DNA of 39,598 bases, taken from the UHGV virus genome UHGV-1361780; one strand, written 5' to 3'. A model generated the notes under the pieces. The model worked only from the letters and a program-made list of their open reading frames with translations, searched no databases and was not told the origin of the DNA. Every line of letters begins with the position of its first letter. Position 1 is the stretch's first letter. Of this stretch, positions 33,413-39,598 are shown one piece after another. This DNA is from a virus. The translations under genes and the position numbers were made by a program.

Positions 33413-36400
33413 CTACTGCTTCTTTTGCTTCTTTTTTGCTGCCTTATTCCAATTCGTCCAATCCTCTCCGGTATACAATGCCTTTCCATTTACCTTAAGC
33501 TGTTTAAGGACATTCTGGATCTCTTCTCTGCCTTTTCTGTCGGCTGCAATCCATAAAGGCTTATAATGACTCGTAATGGATGTTTTAATCGAACCTGCAG
33601 CCTCTTTCTGTGTCTTTCCTTCATCCACTTTACTTTTTACAATGGCATCTGCCATCTTTTTAAAAGGATCCAGAGATTTAGCATTTTTATTATCATACTG
33701 GCCTATTGCTGCCAGAAGATCCGAATTGCTATAGAATTTTACACTGCTACTATCCTCTGATGCACCCTGATCCGTCAGGATATCTCCATACAGGCTATCC
33801 GGTTCTGTCTGTACCTCTGCCTCCCAGTCAATCTCTTCTTTTCCTTCTAACTGTTTGATCCTGGCATCAATGGCGGATTTTACGATCTTTGTGGCATATC
33901 CCTGGGATGTGAGCTGACTTACCGCATCCTCGTAAGCTTCCAGGTCATATGATTGCTTTGCCTGGGCCGCCGCCTCTACCAGCGGATTTACAGAATCTTT
34001 GCCGATTAACTCTGATTTGATCACCGTTTTAATCTTGTTTGTTATCGTATCGTTATCAATTCCCGCTTTGTTAAGATCATCCTTGATTTTCTTCTGGAAA
34101 TCCTGATCTCCGTTTCTGTGAGCCTGGATCATCATTTTTGTATACATCTCAAGATTTTCTTTGCTTCCCATGTCGTACTTTTGTTTCAGCCATGTATAAT
34201 CCGCTTTGCCTCCTGCTGAATCAAAAATAGAATCAATGACAGCTCCCATGTCTCTTGTAAGACTCTTAATCGGGATTCCGGTGAGCTTGCTCGCCATCTG
34301 AGCCGTGTATACAGCTACGTACTGTGGTGTATACTTACTTGTGCCGTCTTTTAACTTCTTAATCTGATTCCAAGCGTATATCATATCCTCAAAGCCAGAC
34401 AGATCCGCTCTGGTTGGCGTGTATCCGGCAATAATGGAGGGAATTTCTTTCACCCATGGGATGTTATTCAAAAGGTTCAGGTTATCGAAAATGTTTGATT
34501 TAAGGCTGTCTATGTACTTTTCCTTGCTGTTCTTATCTCGGTCATCATCTCTGAGCATATCAACCGCTGATGCAGCTATTGACGTGGCTACACCGGTAAG
34601 GACAAATACAGTTGCGGCGCGTACTGCTCTGCTCTTCGAGCCTTCTTTCTTCGTTTTTACATCTGTTGCAGCGCGGTAGAGCATATCATAAGTTTTTAGC
34701 GGTTCAGCCATGAAGCTGGTAGCCAGCTGATTGATTTCGCTCTGGCTTCTCATAATCTGAGTACGATGTAAGATTGAATCAACTACCTGTGTCTTGTCTA
34801 CAACTTCGCTAAATCTCTTGCCTACCCGCTCGTAAAATTCTTCCGTGCCTTCTTTCAGATCCGGATGCTGATCCATACACTCGTATTCGCAAGCTCTCCA
34901 TAGGCGATTCCAGGCCAGTTGATCGCCTTTTTCTGCCAAGATCATAGTTGCATTAACAAACCGCTGCTTTGTACTGTCGGTGTTAAACATGATATCTTTC
35001 ATTTGTCGGCTGGTATCCATGCGGTAAAATCCCCAATCTTTCCATTGCGCAATAGGGGCGTATTTACATATAAGGTCCCACTGGCCTTTTCTGGTGATGG
35101 TCGTCGCGCCTCTGGCAAGATATTTAGGATTGATCTCCATACTAGCTCTTATGTAAGCTGTTGGCTGCTGGGCAGCTACACGCAGATTTCCAGCTACAGA
35201 AGCCGCTTTCATGTTTGAGACCAGTTGGCTGGCTATGCTTTTATCTTTATTTACTGTCCCGTTGATATCTGAAACCAGCTTGACGATATAATCATTTCCC
35301 TGCTTTCCAAAGGTCCTTTCTATCTCTTCTTTAATAGATGATCCAAACTCAGTCATTCCTCTGGTGTCCTTATAATTGTACACCTTATTAAGATCTGACA
35401 GTGGGATTACATAGGCATTATATGTACTCATGTTATCAACCTGGCGGCTAAACACATCAAAGATGTCCTCAATAATCAATGGATTATTCGCATATGGGGT
35501 TGTGCTCTTGGTGATTCCCATGTTCTTAATGGTTGACGCTTTATTTCCCGCATCTCCCTGCCTGGTTGCCACATAGTTTTTATCTGTGCTAATTGGGAAA
35601 TAATTCTTTGCTGTGAATTTCTCATAACCATACATGTCCATGGTTACTTCATTTCCCCAGGCTGCACACTGATCTCCCATAAACTGCTGCAATCCATCCG
35701 CAAGAGCACGCTGCGCCGGTGTTAAAGTCTTTGTGATCGTTTCTACATCTGCGGCCGTAACCTTTACAGGGCGATAATTCTTCTTGATCTGTGCCGGTGT
35801 ATAAGTCGTTCCTTCCAATTTGGCTTTTCCAACTACCGGCGCCTGCTTAATACCGCCGTTTCGATCATACATATGGCCTCTGGCCTGGCTTCTTTTGTTT
35901 AACTCATACAGCGACATCACCTGGGCTACTGTAAGATCAATCTCACCTCTCGATGTCTTAAAATGCTGAGTCTTGGCATTTGATCCCGTCCATTCACGCA
36001 ATTCTTTAGGCTTGATTCCATACTTATCCACAATATCATCCACATATTCCTGAGCAGATCTCAATTTTTCTGTCTTTTTATCCAGTCCGTTACGCAATGC
36101 ATCATAGGTGGACTTCATGTTGTCTCCCATTTTTCCAAACATGGTCTGCGGATCCAACATGTCATAATTCAACAGTTTATCTCCCATTCCCGCAGGTCCT
36201 ACATACTCCACCTTATTCCGCCTCTGCTCCAGATCCCTAAACACTCCATCTGCCAGAATACTCAGTTCTCCAGATTTTTTGTTGCTCTTAAGATCATTTA
36301 CTTCTGTTATAGCCTTTTTCATAGCCATAACTGTCTTTTTAAGCTCACCCATGCTATATGCATCCAAGTTATCTAATTTATCAATTCCCTTTGTTTTTTC

Positions 36401-39400
36401 AATTAGTTCCTGAATGCGCTGTGCAATATCTGGGTCAATATCCATGGTCATGGTATCACCAGTCTTCTGGTCCACATAAACACCGCCATTATCCAGGATC
36501 TCCTTAAATGCATCCTGGGCTGCTTTCCAGTCTTCTTTTCGCTGGGTTTTGATCTCACTATCCTCATCATTTGGAGAAAAATCAATGTTGTTCAGGAAAG
36601 CCGCTACAGATTGTCTCAGTCCCTCTGGAATATGCTTTGAATCAGTCGGTTTCAGCAACCAATTCTGTAATTTTTTTCTTTCTTTGATGATCTGTCTCTT
36701 ATCTTCTCTTTTCTGCTGATTCTCCCGCAATGACTTGATCCGCTCTTTGCTCCTCTGCTGCATGGCAGCCAATTCCTGGTTCTTGCTGTTTCGCAGATCA
36801 TCCATCCTTTTTTTATAATACTCCCTCTGCTCTTTTCGCTCTGCTTCCGTGAGGTTTTTATACTGTTCTGCCAGGCGTGCGCTTTCTTCAAGGTTCTGCT
36901 TTTTAATCTGTTTAAGGCTTTCATCATACTTTGATTTCAAATCATTTTTATAGTCTCTTATCTTCTGCTGATACTGCCAGCGCAATTTTTGCATCTGAGC
37001 CTCTTTTTTATCAGCAAACGTCGCACTTGGTTTTCTCACATCAAAATATGATGATAAGATGTCCTGTCCTACCATATATGCCATTTCATCCATATTGGCG
37101 GCATATGGGTTCTTAATTTGTGGAGCTGTCTGATCCAGAGCGGATGCTATCGCAACCAGCTCATCCGCCGGATGTGTCACGTCTGCCGGGAAAAGTTCCG
37201 GATACTGTCCTTGCAACTCCTGGTACAGAGAATCTATTGAGATACCATCTGCCCCCATTTTCATCTTTCCAAAGTAGCGTTTTCTAAATTCATTATATCC
37301 GCCCACAGAAGCCAAATCTGCCTTGTCCTGGTCTGTGATTGCAATCTTTGTGTCTTTAATCTGCTTTCTCAGATCCTTATAGTGTTCCGTTAGTTCTGTA
37401 TCTTTCTGCACTGACTTTTCCAGAATACTTTTGCCCATGCTGGTTGCAGCTTCTGTAATAGCCTGTCCATCCACTTGGCCAGCACCACGGATATACTGAT
37501 AGAGTTTAGACAGGTTTCTTTCCAATATTTCACTTGAATATTTACTGCCATATTCTTTCAGGATATTTCTTGCAACTTTTTTGATATCCTCGGTCCGCAC
37601 TGCATCCTTGTCTGTCAACTTAAACTGCTGCTCCAGAAGATCATTCGCCTGTTTTAAAGCCTCATTTTGGTCTTGCAATGCCTGAATTCTACGTTCACTC
37701 ATAGTATCGTCTACATCATCCAGCTGGAAACGAGTCTTGCTTTTTTCTGTACCTGGTTGTATATTGTCCTTAGTAGCAGGAGTAATGACGCTATACGTTT
37801 CGGACGTTCTGTACGGGTCAGTTTTTTCTGGCATTGTAAGCGTAGTGGATACACTCCTGCTATTTTTATTTTCCCACGCATACATTGTGTGCAGCTCAAG
37901 CATTCCTTTCTTGCTTCTAACGTATTCTACGGCAACATTTTTTCCATTAATATCCTTCTCGAATTTCAGAACTGGTTTTCTATCTTTGGAACTGGTTGTA
38001 TTTTCTACCTTATCGTAGCTTGATATAATTTCCGGAAGTCTTGATAGTATCTCCGGCGTTACCGGTGTCTGCCCTCTCGATCTTTCTTTTTCTGGATTGC
38101 TATGGCTATCTTCAAACTCGCTTGTAATGGCAACATTTAAATTTTCTGTATTGACTCCTGTGTCTTTGTAAATCCGTTGCGCGAGCTCTGGACCTATTTT
38201 TCCAATATATAATCTTGCATATGGTTTTTTGTGGACATGATCGCGGTAAAAATCTGCAATATCTTGTTTTGTGTTGCATATTATGATACTGTCGTTATTT
38301 TTCCACCAGCCTTTCTCTTTCTCTCCGTATTCCTCAAATCCAAACTGATTTAATTCATACTTGCTGCTTTGCATGATGTTATCCGCTCTTTCTTTACCTG
38401 CTTTATAGTCCTTGCTGCCTTGCTCCAGACCAAGCAGCCAAGCATAGCGGGCATCTTCATACATCTGTACATCCTGTTCCAGATTCTTTGCTGCTGCACG
38501 GGTGCTGCCGGTTTTGATCAGGTTCTTGATCGAATCGATCACATCTGACAGGAAATCAATGATCTTCTGGGCTAAATTGCGATCTTTTTTTACTACCTGG
38601 TCGATAAAATCCGGATCGTTCAAGAATTTCTGTGTCGCATCTGCGGCAATCTCTTCCATTACCTGCTGACGGGTGAGGTCTTGCCCGGCATCCTTGTAGC
38701 GGTTGGTGTATGATTCTACTAAATCTTCCCAGGCTTTTCCGGTTGCCTTCATCTGTGCTTCTGTCACGATCTCCTGATACAGGCGGTAAGATTCTGGGGC
38801 CGTATCTTTAATGAAATGCGTCAGTTCGTGAGAAAGAGATCCGTTAAAATCCTCGGAGTTGATGTTTATGGTAATCTCTCCCGGTTTATATGAGGCTGTT
38901 GCATTCTCCTGTGAAAGATTGTCTACCAGATTAATCTTAAGGCCTGTTTTCTTTCCTATATGCTCCGCTACATTGCGCTGATCCTGTGTTGCATAGTCGG
39001 ATACAGTGCCTAAACCGCCCTCTTTGATCTGTCCCTGCGTGTACTTAGGTTTGACCTGGTTGTCCAGGTTATAATCCTGGATACCGGCACGGTAGGCAGC
39101 TTCTATCTGCTGATCGGATAAAAGAGACATTAAGGCCGAGTGAGTAGCTGTGTCCAGATCGATCTGGTTGTAACCCGCATCATAAGCACGGCCAAATGCT
39201 TTGTTGAATGTGGATACGTCTACGGATCCATCATATGTGTTTAGCAGGGCGTCACCGCCATATTTGCCATAGTGCGACTTATACTCCGTTGATTCCTGGT
39301 CCGAGAGCTTAACATTATCCTCTGCTTCAAAGTTGCTCTGAGGGTTTCTGTGTTCGTTTTCCTGGGCGTTTATTGTATCCTGTTCAGAATTGTGTGCTGC

Positions 39401-39598
39401 TGTGGCCTGTGGCTGCTCCTGAGTGGCTTTGGGTGCTGCGTAAGGCTTCTCTGGTGAATCGGTCTGGTGTTCTTCTTGGATCTGGTTATCCTGGCGCTCT
39501 AGTGGGGTGGATTCATATTCCGGCTGTACGCTCTGCTCTGTCGGTCGTTTGACGTCTGAGTTCTGGATTGTCTCTTGTGCCGTAGGCTCTGCCTGGTT
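33413..39598 (-). CDS. Giant multidomain protein, 5'-truncated by the window edge (more than 2060 aa visible). It has an HExxH zincin-like motif (SLSHELTHFIKD) near the visible N-terminal part, very long charged coiled-coil regions and several globular segments. Polyvalent-protein-like.
   Basis: The track ORF (33413-39130, 1905 aa) continues in frame upstream of its first Met with no stop, to the window end at 39598. This was verified by manual translation. The ORF ends with TAG. Confidence 0.7.
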   Translation of the reverse strand, partial: NQAEPTAQETIQNSDVKRPTEQSVQPEYESTPLERQDNQIQEEHQTDSPEKPYAAPKATQEQPQATAAHNSEQDTINAQENEHRNPQSNFEAEDNVKLSDQESTEYKSHYGKYGGDALLNTYDGSVDVSTFNKAFGRAYDAGYNQIDLDTATHSALMSLLSDQQIEAAYRAGIQDYNLDNQVKPKYTQGQIKEGGLGTVSDYATQDQRNVAEHIGKKTGLKINLVDNLSQENATASYKPGEITININSEDFNGSLSHELTHFIKDTAPESYRLYQEIVTEAQMKATGKAWEDLVESYTNRYKDAGQDLTRQQVMEEIAADATQKFLNDPDFIDQVVKKDRNLAQKIIDFLSDVIDSIKNLIKTGSTRAAAKNLEQDVQMYEDARYAWLLGLEQGSKDYKAGKERADNIMQSSKYELNQFGFEEYGEKEKGWWKNNDSIIICNTKQDIADFYRDHVHKKPYARLYIGKIGPELAQRIYKDTGVNTENLNVAITSEFEDSHSNPEKERSRGQTPVTPEILSRLPEIISSYDKVENTTSSKDRKPVLKFEKDINGKNVAVEYVRSKKGMLELHTMYAWENKNSRSVSTTLTMPEKTDPYRTSETYSVITPATKDNIQPGTEKSKTRFQLDDVDDTMSERRIQALQDQNEALKQANDLLEQQFKLTDKDAVRTEDIKKVARNILKEYGSKYSSEILERNLSKLYQYIRGAGQVDGQAITEAATSMGKSILEKSVQKDTELTEHYKDLRKQIKDTKIAITDQDKADLASVGGYNEFRKRYFGKMKMGADGISIDSLYQELQGQYPELFPADVTHPADELVAIASALDQTAPQIKNPYAANMDEMAYMVGQDILSSYFDVRKPSATFADKKEAQMQKLRWQYQQKIRDYKNDLKSKYDESLKQIKKQNLEESARLAEQYKNLTEAERKEQREYYKKRMDDLRNSKNQELAAMQQRSKERIKSLRENQQKREDKRQIIKERKKLQNWLLKPTDSKHIPEGLRQSVAAFLNNIDFSPNDEDSEIKTQRKEDWKAAQDAFKEILDNGGVYVDQKTGDTMTMDIDPDIAQRIQELIEKTKGIDKLDNLDAYSMGELKKTVMAMKKAITEVNDLKSNKKSGELSILADGVFRDLEQRRNKVEYVGPAGMGDKLLNYDMLDPQTMFGKMGDNMKSTYDALRNGLDKKTEKLRSAQEYVDDIVDKYGIKPKELREWTGSNAKTQHFKTSRGEIDLTVAQVMSLYELNKRSQARGHMYDRNGGIKQAPVVGKAKLEGTTYTPAQIKKNYRPVKVTAADVETITKTLTPAQRALADGLQQFMGDQCAAWGNEVTMDMYGYEKFTAKNYFPISTDKNYVATRQGDAGNKASTIKNMGITKSTTPYANNPLIIEDIFDVFSRQVDNMSTYNAYVIPLSDLNKVYNYKDTRGMTEFGSSIKEEIERTFGKQGNDYIVKLVSDINGTVNKDKSIASQLVSNMKAASVAGNLRVAAQQPTAYIRASMEINPKYLARGATTITRKGQWDLICKYAPIAQWKDWGFYRMDTSRQMKDIMFNTDSTKQRFVNATMILAEKGDQLAWNRLWRACEYECMDQHPDLKEGTEEFYERVGKRFSEVVDKTQVVDSILHRTQIMRSQSEINQLATSFMAEPLKTYDMLYRAATDVKTKKEGSKSRAVRAATVFVLTGVATSIAASAVDMLRDDDRDKNSKEKYIDSLKSNIFDNLNLLNNIPWVKEIPSIIAGYTPTRADLSGFEDMIYAWNQIKKLKDGTSKYTPQYVAVYTAQMASKLTGIPIKSLTRDMGAVIDSIFDSAGGKADYTWLKQKYDMGSKENLEMYTKMMIQAHRNGDQDFQKKIKDDLNKAGIDNDTITNKIKTVIKSELIGKDSVNPLVEAAAQAKQSYDLEAYEDAVSQLTSQGYATKIVKSAIDARIKQLEGKEEIDWEAEVQTEPDSLYGDILTDQGASEDSSSVKFYSNSDLLAAIGQYDNKNAKSLDPFKKMADAIVKSKVDEGKTQKEAAGSIKTSITSHYKPLWIAADRKGREEIQNVLKQLKVNGKALYTGEDWTNWNKAAKKKQKKQ

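Noticed and set aside
1-39598. Possibility that TAG is recoded (stop-codon reassignment) in this phage.
   Set aside because: Long late genes (portal 626 aa, terL 482 aa, capsid, the giant ORF) are intact under the standard code. Only the double TAG at 33407-33415 is unusual.

Overview
The window is almost entirely a temperate-phage (prophage-like) segment from a low-GC Firmicutes/Clostridia-type host. Nearly all genes lie on the minus strand and are transcribed from high to low coordinates. No rRNA, tRNA or CRISPR array was recognised. All calls rest on reading the translations and DNA by eye; no database search was run.

Reading right to left:
- The 3' part of a giant ORF of more than 2060 aa (33413-39598) continues past the window edge. 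It carries an HExxH motif and long coiled-coil stretches, and ends in a strong intrinsic terminator.
- A plus-strand block follows, holding a large serine recombinase (31090-32502), a coiled-coil/zinc-ribbon ORF, an IS4-like insertion sequence (about 28595-30184) and two small membrane proteins.
- The IS appears to split a single membrane-protein gene in frame.
- Next is a Cro/CI-type switch region (26605-27931) with an N-terminally truncated CI-like gene and a large GC hairpin.
- An early region of about 20 small genes (20962-26604) encodes a C5 cytosine DNA methyltransferase, a PAPS-reductase-like protein, a DUF3850/ASCH-like protein, several zinc-ribbon mini-proteins, and a ribbon-helix-helix (RHH) gene next to a HicB-like gene.
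- A tyrosine recombinase and an HUH rolling-circle Rep gene form a compact pair (18762-20853) behind an inverted-repeat operator.
- The late operon (1-18077) runs small terminase (TerS), large terminase (TerL), portal, Prp protease, scaffold, major capsid, an Ala/Ser tandem-repeat fibre, DUF4406, XkdX-like, holin, GH24 endolysin, a connector-like protein, a 522-aa structural protein, two fibre paralogs with C-terminal intramolecular-chaperone (peptidase S74) domains, a Q/N/Y-rich protein, and a tape-measure-like ORF cut by the left edge.
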